Part shown: in pieces, positions 10,121-20,432 of the stretch
Numbering within the stretch: the first letter of the stretch is position 1
How the letters are laid out: each line of letters starts with the position of its first letter
Source: a virus
Direction: 5' to 3' (one strand)
Length of the DNA: 64,000 nt
IMG/VR virus record: IMGVR_UViG_3300031834_001450
Coordinates: 1 to 64,000 of that record
Notes under the pieces: generated by a model
Seen by the model: the letters and a program-made list of their open reading frames with translations, nothing else
What the model was told of the DNA's origin: nothing
The model's database searches: none
Position numbers and translations under genes: made by a program

Positions 10121-11227
10121 TCAAATAGTTTGTATTAATATTGATATAAAGGCATTTAGATTTTCATTTGTTGTTGTTGTATATTCATTAAAATCAATAG
10201 GAATTACTTCTGATTGTTCAGTAATAAAAAAATTCCAAGTATGTGGATCTGTATGATTGGTAGAATTATATTTTGTAAGTTGAGTTTTTATTTTAAATCT
10301 ATCATAATAAGGAAGTAATCCAAATTTAATTATATCACTTAATAAAAATCCATTAATAAATTTTGATTTTTTAGTTAAAACATTATTAATAAATTTTAAA
10401 AAATATTTTTCATTTAATATATCTTTTGCAAAAGCATATGATATTCCTTGTTTTTCTCTTTTTCCATGAGCTAGTTTTCCTTGAGGAGTTAAAGAAAAAT
10501 CTCCAAAGTCTATATAAGGCAATAAAAATCTATCATAAATAATTCCCGTAAATAATTCAGTTTCTATTTTTTCTGAAATATGTTTTTTTAATTGAAATAA
10601 TGGTCTAAGACTCCCTATATGAGTTTTATGTACACCAATAAGTCTAACTGTATGAGTTAAAAATTGATTAGTTATATAATTAAATAATGTGTGAATAGGG
10701 GAAAGAGATTCATAATCTTCAGGAAGTAGTTTATTTGCCCAACTAGGTGATTCATTACAATGCGCTAATTCTAAATAAATAGTAGTTGAGTTTTTTATTT
10801 TTTCATAAACTTCATTGGGTAATTTATAATTTTTTTGAAAATGATGTAGGGTTGATAAAATAATATGAGATTCATAATTTTCAGGAATTGCTTCTGGTAT
10901 TATACCAGTTAAAAATTCTACATTTTTAATTTGATTAAATTTTCTTATTTCATTACATAATAATATATTATTATAGTCGTAATCAATAGCAGTTATTATT
11001 TTTTTTGTTTTTTCTGCTAATTTAAAAGAAAAATAACCAAGACTACATCCCCAATCACAAATACTACCTTCAAACATTTTATTGTTATTATATCCTTCTT
11101 CTGCTTGTAGAATAGTTTTCCATCTATCATTACTATTTCTTTTATACTCTTGTACTTCATTAAAATTATAAATAGGTTGATATAACTCTGCAATTTCAAA
11201 GGGTATATTATTATAAATTATTTGCAT
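10121..11227 (-). CDS. WbdD-like methyltransferase with a C-terminal kinase-like remnant
   Basis: ELYQPI...DRW...DWGCSLGYFS...LSTLHH...LELA...THIGSLRP resembles the WbdD MTase; HTDPHTWN...IDF is a kinase-like motif. Confidence 0.6.
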   Translation of the reverse strand: MQIIYNNIPFEIAELYQPIYNFNEVQEYKRNSNDRWKTILQAEEGYNNNKMFEGSICDWGCSLGYFSFKLAEKTKKIITAIDYDYNNILLCNEIRKFNQIKNVEFLTGIIPEAIPENYESHIILSTLHHFQKNYKLPNEVYEKIKNSTTIYLELAHCNESPSWANKLLPEDYESLSPIHTLFNYITNQFLTHTVRLIGVHKTHIGSLRPLFQLKKHISEKIETELFTGIIYDRFLLPYIDFGDFSLTPQGKLAHGKREKQGISYAFAKDILNEKYFLKFINNVLTKKSKFINGFLLSDIIKFGLLPYYDRFKIKTQLTKYNSTNHTDPHTWNFFITEQSEVIPIDFNEYTTTTNENLNAFISILIQTI

Positions 11228-11229
11228 TA

Positions 11230-12534
11230 CTATTTATTCATTATTTTTTGAAATTTATTTAAATATTTATCATTAGGAAAATATTGTAGATATTGTTTTA
11301 TACTACCTTTACTGGTTGATTGCCACTGTAAATTAGAATTAAATATGTTTTCTATTTGTTGTTCATAAGTTATATATTTTTGAAATGCAGTAGCTATTTT
11401 ATAATCTAATGATTCTAAAAAAGCTATTGTACCTTCTCCATACATATCTTTAAAATTAGTAAACCATTGTCTTTCTTTTTTAGGTAAAAGAATAACTTCA
11501 TTAAATAATTTATTCCAATCATTAATCATTATTTCTATTGAATATTTTTCTTGCGCACTTATTGAAGCATTTAAAGAAATAGAAGATGTAGTTAATTTAT
11601 CTTTATCATTATATATTTGTTGTACAACGGACAAACATTCATCATCAGTTGATATTATATAACCATTTATATTATTTTCTACTATTTGTTTTTCACATTT
11701 ATTTCTAAATACAACTGGAATAATTCCACTAGCCATAACTTCACCAAGTATTTGCTCTGCTGTTCCAAAATGAGTTGGTTCTAATAAATATAAAAATATA
11801 TCTGCTATTTCAAAATAAGGAATTAAATTTTTAACTAACCCTGCAAATATAAATTTATCTCTAATTCCATAAAATTCAGTTTGTTCTATAATTTCTTGTT
11901 CAGAAGACCCAGTTCCACAAATAATAAAATTTGCTTCTGGTATTTGTTTACTTATTCTAAAACAAACTTCAACAAAATTATTATACATTTTTGCAAAATC
12001 TAAAGTACCTACATAAAGTATATTAAATCCTTCATGTTTATTTTGTTTTATATCTTTATATTTTTCTATTCCTCCTGTAGACCAAATGCATCCTAATTTA
12101 TCTTTTGATTCTTTAGGTAAATTAGTAATTACTTCTAACTCATAACTTATAGGAGAAGTAAATATAAACTTATCTGAATATTCTATTATTTCTTTTGGTA
12201 AATTATATGGTGCATAAAAACCAGAATTATGAAACCATGTTATAACTCTACATTTAGGTAAAGTTTTTTGTATTAAAAAATCTAATAGTAATGGAAAATT
12301 CCAATAATGAATAACAACTATATCTGCAAAATCTTGTACATATTTACAAATTAAATTATATTCTGCATTACTAAATATTTTAATATTATTTTTATTACAG
12401 AGCTGCTCTACTTGTTCATCTGCATATCCTAATGACATAAATATATGATTATTAATATTATCATTAATTGCCCAACTAAGAAGCACAACCTTAACGCCTC
12501 CTCCAAGATGTGGAACTAGATGTAGTATGTTCAC
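11230..12534 (-). CDS. Glycosyltransferase, GT4
   Basis: MNILHLVPHLGGG, ILYVGTLDFAK, GEVMASGIIPVV. Confidence 0.85.
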   Translation of the reverse strand: MNILHLVPHLGGGVKVVLLSWAINDNINNHIFMSLGYADEQVEQLCNKNNIKIFSNAEYNLICKYVQDFADIVVIHYWNFPLLLDFLIQKTLPKCRVITWFHNSGFYAPYNLPKEIIEYSDKFIFTSPISYELEVITNLPKESKDKLGCIWSTGGIEKYKDIKQNKHEGFNILYVGTLDFAKMYNNFVEVCFRISKQIPEANFIICGTGSSEQEIIEQTEFYGIRDKFIFAGLVKNLIPYFEIADIFLYLLEPTHFGTAEQILGEVMASGIIPVVFRNKCEKQIVENNINGYIISTDDECLSVVQQIYNDKDKLTTSSISLNASISAQEKYSIEIMINDWNKLFNEVILLPKKERQWFTNFKDMYGEGTIAFLESLDYKIATAFQKYITYEQQIENIFNSNLQWQSTSKGSIKQYLQYFPNDKYLNKFQKIMNK

Positions 12535-13580
12535 TTACTTCTCTCCTTTGGTATACAGTACATTACTGCTCCTTGCCCCATATAGTTATGATTTCTCCAA
12601 TAAAAATTATAATTTTTAAGATTCTTAATTAAATATAGTGGAAGTTTATATAATCCTTCTTTTGTATGATAAGTAGTAACTGCTATAATTGGTCTATATT
12701 TTTTAATAGTTTTAATTGATCCTTTAATTGCTTCTAATTCATATCCTTCTAAGTGATATTTGATAAAAGTTGGTGTAAGTTCAATATTATCTAATTTATT
12801 TATTGGAACTTTATTTTTTGATCTTTTATCTACTTTTGATAAATATTTACAATTATTGAAATTGACATAACCTTTCTTATTTCCAAGTGCTATATTATAT
12901 AAATATAAAAATTCTATATCCCCTATTGATTGAGAAAGATTAAAACAATTTTCTAAATCAGGTTCAAAACAATAAATTGAATTAAATCTACCATGTATAT
13001 TTTCAATAAATTTTTTAATGACTCTTCCATCATAAGTACCTACATCTACAAATACTTCATGATCATGTAATACAGATATAATTTCAGGAATAAAATATCT
13101 ATTATTACAATTTATTGTTTGATTATATAGAAATTCAGTATAATAAATATGCCAATGAATAAAGGAATAATACTGTTTAATTGAAGCTTCATCATTTAAA
13201 TTATGTGCAACTTTATCACAATAGATTTCTTCTGATTCTTTCCATTTTTCTTTTCTCCATCCATTAGTTAAAGGGTGTTTATAATCATTAGCTTTATTTA
13301 TTTCTTCAGCTACTTCAAAGAATGATTTAATATTATTAAATCCCTTATTTTGTAATTTATTTAATATCTCTATATATGAAGTAGTAGAGATACAAATAAT
13401 AACTAAAGGATTATCTTCAATAATAATATCTTCTATTCTAAATATATTTTCATTTTGTGGGGTATCTTCACATAAAATATATTTAATATTGTAAAAATCA
13501 AAGAATTGACTAGCTAATTTACCAAGTTCTCCTGCTCCATATAAGATATATTTTTGATTATTTTCTTTTTTGTTCTGCAT
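12531..13580 (-). CDS. FkbM-family methyltransferase with an N-terminal Rossmann-like domain
   Basis: LYGAGELG; FVDVGTYDG, FEPD, FIKYHLEGYE. Confidence 0.85.
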   Translation of the reverse strand: MQNKKENNQKYILYGAGELGKLASQFFDFYNIKYILCEDTPQNENIFRIEDIIIEDNPLVIICISTTSYIEILNKLQNKGFNNIKSFFEVAEEINKANDYKHPLTNGWRKEKWKESEEIYCDKVAHNLNDEASIKQYYSFIHWHIYYTEFLYNQTINCNNRYFIPEIISVLHDHEVFVDVGTYDGRVIKKFIENIHGRFNSIYCFEPDLENCFNLSQSIGDIEFLYLYNIALGNKKGYVNFNNCKYLSKVDKRSKNKVPINKLDNIELTPTFIKYHLEGYELEAIKGSIKTIKKYRPIIAVTTYHTKEGLYKLPLYLIKNLKNYNFYWRNHNYMGQGAVMYCIPKERSK

Positions 13581-14589
13581 GTATCATTTCTTCAATTATA
13601 GTATCAATTGTATACTGTACTTGCCAATTTAAAAATTGTTTTGCTTTTGAATTATCTCCTATAAGATTATCAACTTCACATGGTCGATAAAATTTATTAG
13701 ATATTTCTATAATTTTTACATTATCTATTGTTGCATATTCTTCTATTCCTTTATTTTCATTATGCCATATTAAATTTAAATTTAATTTATTACAAATTTT
13801 ATTAATAAAATTTTTAATACTAATTGATTCTCCACTAGAAAGAATAAAATCATTTGGAATAGATTGTTGTAACATTAACCACATTCCATTTACTATATCT
13901 TTAGCGTGAGAAAAATCTCTTTCTGAATAAATATTACCTATTTTTAAAGGAAGAAATCCTCTATCTTCAATAATGCTTTTTTGTATTTTATATAATTCTT
14001 TTACGCATTTTTGAGAAATAAATTCTATTCCTCTTAATGATCCTGTATGATTAAACGAAATACTATTACTTATAAACATTCCATAACTTTCTCTATAGTT
14101 TATTCCTAAATAAAAACTAGCAACTTTTGATACTCCATAAGGGCTACGAGGATAAAAAGGAGTTGTTTCTGTTTGAGGAATTTCTTTAACTTTACCAAAC
14201 ATTTCACTAGTTGCTGCAAAACATATCTTTGTATTAAAACTATAATTTTTAACTGCTTCTAATATATTTAAATGTCCATAATAATTTACATCATTTGTAA
14301 CATATGGCATTTCAAATGAAGATCCTACAAAACTTTGTGCAGCTAATTGATATAATTCATTAGGTTTATATTTTTTTATAATAGAATTAACATTGTTTTG
14401 TTCTGTAATATCCATATATTCATAAATTAAATATGGATGATTGGCAATACCTAATTCTTCTAATCTCCAATTACTTGAACCTCCACTTCTTCTATCTGTT
14501 CCAATAATTCTATACCCTTTATCTAAAAGAAGTTTTGTTAACCAAGCGGCATCTTGTCCTCTTATACCAGTTATTAAAGCAGTTTTCAA
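13558..14589 (-). CDS. gmd: GDP-mannose 4,6-dehydratase
   Basis: ALITGIRGQD, LAAQSFV, ATSEMFG, PFYPRSPYGVSK, RPCEVDNLIGD. Confidence 0.95.
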   Translation of the reverse strand: MKTALITGIRGQDAAWLTKLLLDKGYRIIGTDRRSGGSSNWRLEELGIANHPYLIYEYMDITEQNNVNSIIKKYKPNELYQLAAQSFVGSSFEMPYVTNDVNYYGHLNILEAVKNYSFNTKICFAATSEMFGKVKEIPQTETTPFYPRSPYGVSKVASFYLGINYRESYGMFISNSISFNHTGSLRGIEFISQKCVKELYKIQKSIIEDRGFLPLKIGNIYSERDFSHAKDIVNGMWLMLQQSIPNDFILSSGESISIKNFINKICNKLNLNLIWHNENKGIEEYATIDNVKIIEISNKFYRPCEVDNLIGDNSKAKQFLNWQVQYTIDTIIEEMIHAEQKRK

Positions 14590-14592
14590 AAA

Positions 14593-15723
14593 TTATTCTC
14601 CTATGAGTTTATTTATTTGTTCAATAAAATTTTTTTTACCAAATTTTTTAATAATTTCAAGATCATTATTATTAGTATTCATATAATATTCTTGTTTATT
14701 TAACTTCCACATATTATAACAATCTCTTAAATTTTTAATAATATCTTTTATTGATGGAATAGCATAAATTGAATTTGATTCATACTCATAATGAGACATA
14801 CCTTGAGCAGTATCAAGAATACAAGAGATAGATTTATTTCCCTTAAATTTTCCAGTTTCAATAGTTGATGACCAATTCGTATAAATGCAAGGTAATCCAA
14901 TCATTCCAGCTTCTATTAAAGGTAATCCAAATCCTTCACCTCTAGAAGGAAATAATAATATAGATGATTCTGTATATAGAGAATAAATTTCATCTTTATT
15001 TAAATTTTGAGTAATTTCATAAATTTTTGCTTTCATTTCTTTTGAATTTGTACTAACTAATGTTTTTAATAATAATGGAATTTCTAACTCTTTATTAGAT
15101 AGTGGATGATATTTTAATATCAATCTACAATCTTTATATTGAGATAATGCATGTAAAAATCCTATTATTGCATCTTCCATTCCTTTTCTTTTAGTATATT
15201 GCCCTATATATAAAACAGTAAATATATTTTCATTATTTTTATTTTCTATTTTTATTTTATATTTAGAAAAATCATCTTTAAATATTGGGCAATATATAAG
15301 ATGATTTTCTTTATTTGTTCCTTTTATTTCATCTTTAATCATATCATAAATAAATTTAGATGGTGATATAAATCCAGTAAATAAATTAGATGCCCATAAC
15401 CATTTCCACTTAGAAGGTAAAGGAATAGTTTCCCAAAATAAATGTAAATAAATTTTAATACATGAAGTTGTAACTTGTTCTATATTTTGTTTAACTATTT
15501 TATTTTCAAATGATAATGGATGAGTTAATATAATACAAATATCATATTTATTAACAATATTCTTATATATTCCCATACTTAATTCATTTATATTTATATA
15601 AGTTACTTCTATATTTTCTATAATATCAAACATTTTCTTAAATGATTCTGCTATCACTCCATATCCACCATTTTGTGCTAAAATAAATTCTTCATATGGT
15701 GAAATATATAAAATTTTTTTCAT
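14593..15723 (-). CDS. Glycosyltransferase, GT4
   Basis: YIGQYTKRKG, PSRGEGFGLPLIEAGMIGLP. Confidence 0.9.
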   Translation of the reverse strand: MKKILYISPYEEFILAQNGGYGVIAESFKKMFDIIENIEVTYININELSMGIYKNIVNKYDICIILTHPLSFENKIVKQNIEQVTTSCIKIYLHLFWETIPLPSKWKWLWASNLFTGFISPSKFIYDMIKDEIKGTNKENHLIYCPIFKDDFSKYKIKIENKNNENIFTVLYIGQYTKRKGMEDAIIGFLHALSQYKDCRLILKYHPLSNKELEIPLLLKTLVSTNSKEMKAKIYEITQNLNKDEIYSLYTESSILLFPSRGEGFGLPLIEAGMIGLPCIYTNWSSTIETGKFKGNKSISCILDTAQGMSHYEYESNSIYAIPSIKDIIKNLRDCYNMWKLNKQEYYMNTNNNDLEIIKKFGKKNFIEQINKLIGE

Positions 15724-15746
15724 CTATTCTTTATCCCTTACTATTT

Positions 15747-16019
15747 TTATTTATTATTTAAAATTATTTTAAATTTATGCCAAATTTGTGGAAGTACTAA
15801 TGACCAAAAATTATGTTTAAAATTTATACAATTATTATTTTTATTTTGAGGATAAGAAAAAGGGCGTTTTTGTATACAAATATAAGTTGGTATTAATTTT
15901 AAAGTATTTAAAAATTTATTATTATAAGAAATAGTACTACTACTACTACTATTATAATAAATTCTATAATATTTACATTTTTTACAAAATGTAATTTTAT
16001 TCATTTTTATTTTTTCCAA
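15747..16019 (-). CDS. Hypothetical Cys-containing protein
   Basis: ORF in operon orientation, CKKCKY. Confidence 0.45.
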   Translation of the reverse strand: MEKIKMNKITFCKKCKYYRIYYNSSSSSTISYNNKFLNTLKLIPTYICIQKRPFSYPQNKNNNCINFKHNFWSLVLPQIWHKFKIILNNK

Positions 16020-16101
16020 TAATAAGGTTTATTTTTTCAAAAATACTGTAAAAGAATTCCATTTAGTTTTAAACAGATAATAATAATTAAGTTTAATAAT
16101 T

Positions 16102-17400
16102 TTACCACATTTCTCCTTTACCAGCTTTAACCATTATTCCATACACTCCAGCAACACTACTTCTTCTTAAGTAATAAAGACCTACAGAAAAGTCAAAACT
16201 TGCAATAGATACATTTGTAAATAAAGCAGGAGCAGTTTCAAACCCCGTACCTACTGGACAATAAGATTCTACAAAATCAGTAATTATTTTACTTTGAAAT
16301 GTATTAGATGAATTAAATCCCCGAACTTGAGATGTATCTGTGTATGAGTTATAAGTAATTGTAAAGTTTACTGTTGAACCAGTTACCAGTGATTTTATTG
16401 GTCTTATAGGAAGAGTTACAATTTCTGTAATAATTCCATTTTGTTGTTTATAATTTTTATTATCTATTGTAAAATATAATACTTTATTTATTCCAAGTCC
16501 TATAGAAAAGAAATCTGTAAAAGTATATATAATTGGATCAGATGTAATTGAACTGACAAATATTCCATTAGAATATGTTGATATTGTTTCAGTATATGAA
16601 CAAATGTATTTACTTAATGTTTTAGTTCTATAATACCAAAGTTCTTTAGTTGCTTCTATTAAATAGAAGAAATTTGAATCAATTGGAATTAAAGGAATAT
16701 TTCTTGTAATACTATAAGTAATTATTGATTCTGCTATAGTTACAGTCACTAAATATTCTTGTTCACTTAAATTTGCCGCTATTACTTTATAAGTTACAGG
16801 ATTTGTAAAATTATTTGTAGTTTCCTCACTAATTTGAATTGTACTTCCAATTTTAATAGTAGTTCCTGATATTGAAAAAGTAGCTACCATAGAAGTTACA
16901 TCTGTTCCATTTGGAACAATTAAATCAATAGTTTTTAATGTTTCATTGATAGTAGCATTTATTCCATTTAAAGAAAAAGATAATATACTTTTATCTACAC
17001 TAGTTGCAGTTATAACTGTTATAGTATAGTTTACTGTTGAAGTATCTTCTGCATGTATAGTATAAATAACGGAATTTGTAAAATCATTAGGTGTTTCTTC
17101 AGTTATTTGTTCAATTCCATTTATTGTTGTTTTTACTCCAGTTGTTTCAAAAGCAGTAATAAGATTTACTTTATTTGTTCCTATTGGTACTATTATAGAA
17201 ACTGTTTTCATTGTTTCATCTATTAGACCAACAACTTCGGGAGTTATAATAGAAAATGATATTAATGCCTTAGAATTAGAGGTTATAGGATTATCATTTT
17301 CTTCTTTTCCATTACTGTCATTATTATTGCTACTACTACCACCACAAGAAATAAGAAAAATAATTGTTATAAAACTTAGTAAATATTTAAAATTTTTCAT
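16102..17400 (-). CDS. Lipoprotein with two DUF5018-like Ig domains
   Basis: Signal peptide ending FLISC, Ser/Asn linker, two repeats of the form S.K.I.SFS...G.I.ET..T....VP.GT....L.A.F. Confidence 0.8.
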   Translation of the reverse strand: MKNFKYLLSFITIIFLISCGGSSSNNNDSNGKEENDNPITSNSKALISFSIITPEVVGLIDETMKTVSIIVPIGTNKVNLITAFETTGVKTTINGIEQITEETPNDFTNSVIYTIHAEDTSTVNYTITVITATSVDKSILSFSLNGINATINETLKTIDLIVPNGTDVTSMVATFSISGTTIKIGSTIQISEETTNNFTNPVTYKVIAANLSEQEYLVTVTIAESIITYSITRNIPLIPIDSNFFYLIEATKELWYYRTKTLSKYICSYTETISTYSNGIFVSSITSDPIIYTFTDFFSIGLGINKVLYFTIDNKNYKQQNGIITEIVTLPIRPIKSLVTGSTVNFTITYNSYTDTSQVRGFNSSNTFQSKIITDFVESYCPVGTGFETAPALFTNVSIASFDFSVGLYYLRRSSVAGVYGIMVKAGKGEMW

Positions 17401-17432
17401 CTTTAATCTCCTTTATTTAATTTTTTATAATT

Positions 17433-17464
17433 TATAATATATAAAAATATTTAAAAAATTAAAC
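17433..17464 (-). promoter_or_regulatory. Early-type promoter GTTTAATTTTT-N-TATATTATA
   Basis: Recurrent intergenic motif just upstream of the lipoprotein start. Confidence 0.6.
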
Positions 17465-17533
17465 TATTTATTATAATTTTTATAGTTTATTTTATTAGTA
17501 CCTTGAAGTAAACTACTATAAAAAATTTTATTC

Positions 17534-17572
17534 GTAAACTGCTACGAAGCTAAAGACTTCGTGAATTTCTTG
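17534..17572. mobile_element. Orphan IS200/IS605-type end hairpin (collapsed element)
   Basis: gtaaactgctacgaag-ctaaaga-cttcgtgaatttcttg; the CTAAAG-loop hairpin is typical of IS200/IS605 ends. Confidence 0.6.
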
Positions 17573-17622
17573 TAACATCCATTTAAAACTATAACAATTT
17601 TTAAATTTTTAAATTTTTTTCT

Positions 17623-17634
17623 TACTAATAAATA
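17623..17634 (+). promoter_or_regulatory. Late-type promoter TACTAATAAATA
   Basis: About 50 nt upstream of the tail sheath start. Confidence 0.65.
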
Positions 17635-17684
17635 AAAGTAGGAAAAAAAAGACAAATTATGACAAAAACGAGGTATAAAATCAT

Positions 17685-19835
17685 ATGAGTAGAACACAAA
17701 TTATAGAAAAAGATCTTTCAGGATTTATAAATACTCTTGTTGATGAAACAGGAGCGATGGTTTTAACTACAGCAAAAGGAAAATCAACTCCAATGTATTT
17801 ACAATCAGAAGAAGATTGTTTAAGAGAATTGGGTAGACCTTCTGCAACTTATCATGGAGTTTTTGAAGCAATTGCATTTACACGAAGAGCCCCTTTATAT
17901 GTAGCTTGTGCAATTGGAACTGGAGCAGTTTATGGTGGAGTAGATGTAGGTGCAGCAACTGTAACTACTTTTGGAGTTGGTAGAACACCTAGTACCTTTA
18001 ATTATGGATCTACTTTAAAAGGAGCAACTCATTCAGTTGGGATAGGTACAGGTATTACAGCTACTTATTCAGGAATTATAACAAATATTCCAGTAGCTGA
18101 TGAAGCTAATTTTAAAGTATTAGTTAATGGTTATGAAAAAGTTGTTACAATGGCGACAGGTGGTGCATTATCTGGAACAGATATTACAGCAGGTTCAGTA
18201 GTATTAGCAACAGGTGTATATTCAATTACATTTGCTGGAGTTGTTGGAAGTTATGCAACTGTTATTACGAATGTAAATTTTAGTTCAACTTTAGATTTAA
18301 GTTTAGGATCAACAGATAAATATATTAAAATATCTATTGATGGTAATATTCAAACTATTAATCTTGGTCAATCTGCGACTACTTCAAGAGCTTCTGTAAT
18401 TTCTGCCATTAATTCAGCTTTTGGATATACTGCAGCAGTAGTCGATACAAATTATATTAGATTAACAGGAAGAAATGGAAGTACCATTGGTAGTATAACA
18501 GTTGAAACTCCTACAACAGGAGATTCAGCATTAACAATAGTTTTCAGTTCTGGTGGAACAAGTTTAACAGATATTGGATCTAACCCAACTTTATCAATTC
18601 CTAAATATGGAGAAGCAGTTATTTTTAATTATCATTATACAGTTGATACTTCTTCTGTAGTTTCTCATAGTTTTTTTACAACTTCTCCCTATATAGATGA
18701 TTTAGCAGCTTCAATAACTTATGTATCTGGGAGTAAATTTACCTTAACCCTTTATAGAGTTCTTTCAACAGGCAATTCACTTCTTAATACTTATAATTAT
18801 TCACTCATAAATGAAAAAGATGCATTTGGTAAATCTTTATATTATATAGACGTATTTGATGAAAATCCATATGTAACTTTTAAACTTAATTCTGCTTTTG
18901 TTTCTACTCCATATACAGTTGCTTCTACAGCAATTGCATTTTCTGGTGGATCTAGGGGAGCTACTCCATTAACAGGGGATTATACTACAGCATGGAATCA
19001 ATTTCAATATGCTAATAAATATAAAGCTAAAATATTTATGGATGTATATGGTACACATGCATCAACAATAAATACTCTTATTCAAACTTATCAAACACAA
19101 GCACAAGGTATTACATGTGTTCCACTTGGTTATAGTGCTTCACAAGCTTTATCTTTTAGATCTGCACTAGCTCTTGATACAGATGATATAGGACTTTATC
19201 ATAATTGGGCTAAAATTCAAGATGATTATAATAATAGTTTTGCATGGATATCTCATGTAGGATCAGTAGGTAAAAAATTTGCTTATATGTCAGATGTTTA
19301 TGATGCTGCTGCTCCTGCAGGACTTGATGAAAATGGACATGGTGGACAATTAAATGATTGGTCAGTGAAAGAAGTAGAAATAGATTATACTCAAGCAGAA
19401 TTAGATTCTTTTTATAATGCTCAAATAAATCCATTACTACTTGATCCTTCTTATGGTTTATTAGCTTATGGAGATCAAACTCTTCAAGTAACGAATAGCG
19501 ATACAAGTTTTGTAGGAACAAGACGAGTATATAAATATATGCTAGATGTTATTTCTAAACAAATTCTTAGAAAACAAGAATTTAAAATAAATGATCCTCT
19601 TCATAGACTTATGGCAAAAGTTCAAACAGAAGAATTTGTTGAACCTATTAGAGCGAATGGTTGGATCCGGGAATTCAAAATTGTGTGTGATTCTAGTAAC
19701 AATACTGATATTGTTTTAAATAATCGTCAATTTATTTTGGATTTTTACTGTAAAATAACTCCAACAAGTGAGTGGATTATTTTAAGACTTACACGAGTTT
19801 CTCAAACAATTTCTATTGAAAGTTTAATAATTTAA
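17685..19835 (+). CDS. Contractile tail sheath protein
   Basis: C-terminal AAPAG...G, LDSFYNAQINP, AYGDQTL, SFVGTRR, FKIND, CDSSNNT. Confidence 0.92.
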   Translation: MSRTQIIEKDLSGFINTLVDETGAMVLTTAKGKSTPMYLQSEEDCLRELGRPSATYHGVFEAIAFTRRAPLYVACAIGTGAVYGGVDVGAATVTTFGVGRTPSTFNYGSTLKGATHSVGIGTGITATYSGIITNIPVADEANFKVLVNGYEKVVTMATGGALSGTDITAGSVVLATGVYSITFAGVVGSYATVITNVNFSSTLDLSLGSTDKYIKISIDGNIQTINLGQSATTSRASVISAINSAFGYTAAVVDTNYIRLTGRNGSTIGSITVETPTTGDSALTIVFSSGGTSLTDIGSNPTLSIPKYGEAVIFNYHYTVDTSSVVSHSFFTTSPYIDDLAASITYVSGSKFTLTLYRVLSTGNSLLNTYNYSLINEKDAFGKSLYYIDVFDENPYVTFKLNSAFVSTPYTVASTAIAFSGGSRGATPLTGDYTTAWNQFQYANKYKAKIFMDVYGTHASTINTLIQTYQTQAQGITCVPLGYSASQALSFRSALALDTDDIGLYHNWAKIQDDYNNSFAWISHVGSVGKKFAYMSDVYDAAAPAGLDENGHGGQLNDWSVKEVEIDYTQAELDSFYNAQINPLLLDPSYGLLAYGDQTLQVTNSDTSFVGTRRVYKYMLDVISKQILRKQEFKINDPLHRLMAKVQTEEFVEPIRANGWIREFKIVCDSSNNTDIVLNNRQFILDFYCKITPTSEWIILRLTRVSQTISIESLII

Positions 19836-19841
19836 AAATAA

Positions 19842-19880
19842 ATTAGTACTGTAAATAAAACTTTTATTTACAGTACTAAT
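19842..19880. repeat. Perfect palindrome (19-bp arms, 1-nt spacer) containing the late motif
   Basis: attagtactgtaaataaaa-c-ttttatttacagtactaat; TACTAATA at 19874. Confidence 0.9.
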
Positions 19881-19919
19881 ATAAAATAATGAATTTGAAA
19901 AAGATAAGAGGTAAAATAA

Positions 19920-20432
19920 ATGACAATTTCTACTGATCAGATACTTTCGCTTGGTGATGACGCTTTGGCCAGCCAGTTCTCAATTATATTTCCAAATGGT
20001 ATTCCAGGTGGTGGAGATGCAAATGCAATATCTTTAAGATGTGACCAAACTTTTGATCCACCTGAAGATGTAGTAAATGTATATGAAATATTTAGAAAAG
20101 GTTTTAAAATTCCTAAAACAGGTATGTTACAAGAAACTACTAAAGAATTTACAATAGATATAAGACTTGATCAAGCTTGGAAAGTATATGATGATATGCG
20201 AAAATGGGCTGATATGTCTTATGATCATAGTAATGGTACAGCTCTTCCAGAAATAATGGCTAGAAGTACTGTTATAATTCAAGCAGAAGATAGAACACAA
20301 GCAGGAGTAAAATCAATTAGTTTTAAATATGCCAAGCCAAAGTCTGTTAAAATTCAAACATTTGACAATCAATCAGGCGATCCTTTACGAATTACTGTTA
20401 TTTTTATTTATGTAGTAATGACGGTAGAATAG
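19920..20432 (+). CDS. Tail tube protein (T4 gp19-like)
   Basis: 170 aa directly after the sheath; gp19-like pattern (YDDMRKWAD, FKYAKPKSV). Confidence 0.75.
   Translation: MTISTDQILSLGDDALASQFSIIFPNGIPGGGDANAISLRCDQTFDPPEDVVNVYEIFRKGFKIPKTGMLQETTKEFTIDIRLDQAWKVYDDMRKWADMSYDHSNGTALPEIMARSTVIIQAEDRTQAGVKSISFKYAKPKSVKIQTFDNQSGDPLRITVIFIYVVMTVE

Noticed and set aside
2923-19855. TACTGTAAA recurring at 2923, 16044 and 19847
   Set aside because: Three copies of an AT-rich 9-mer with inconsistent position relative to genes; not distinguishable from chance.
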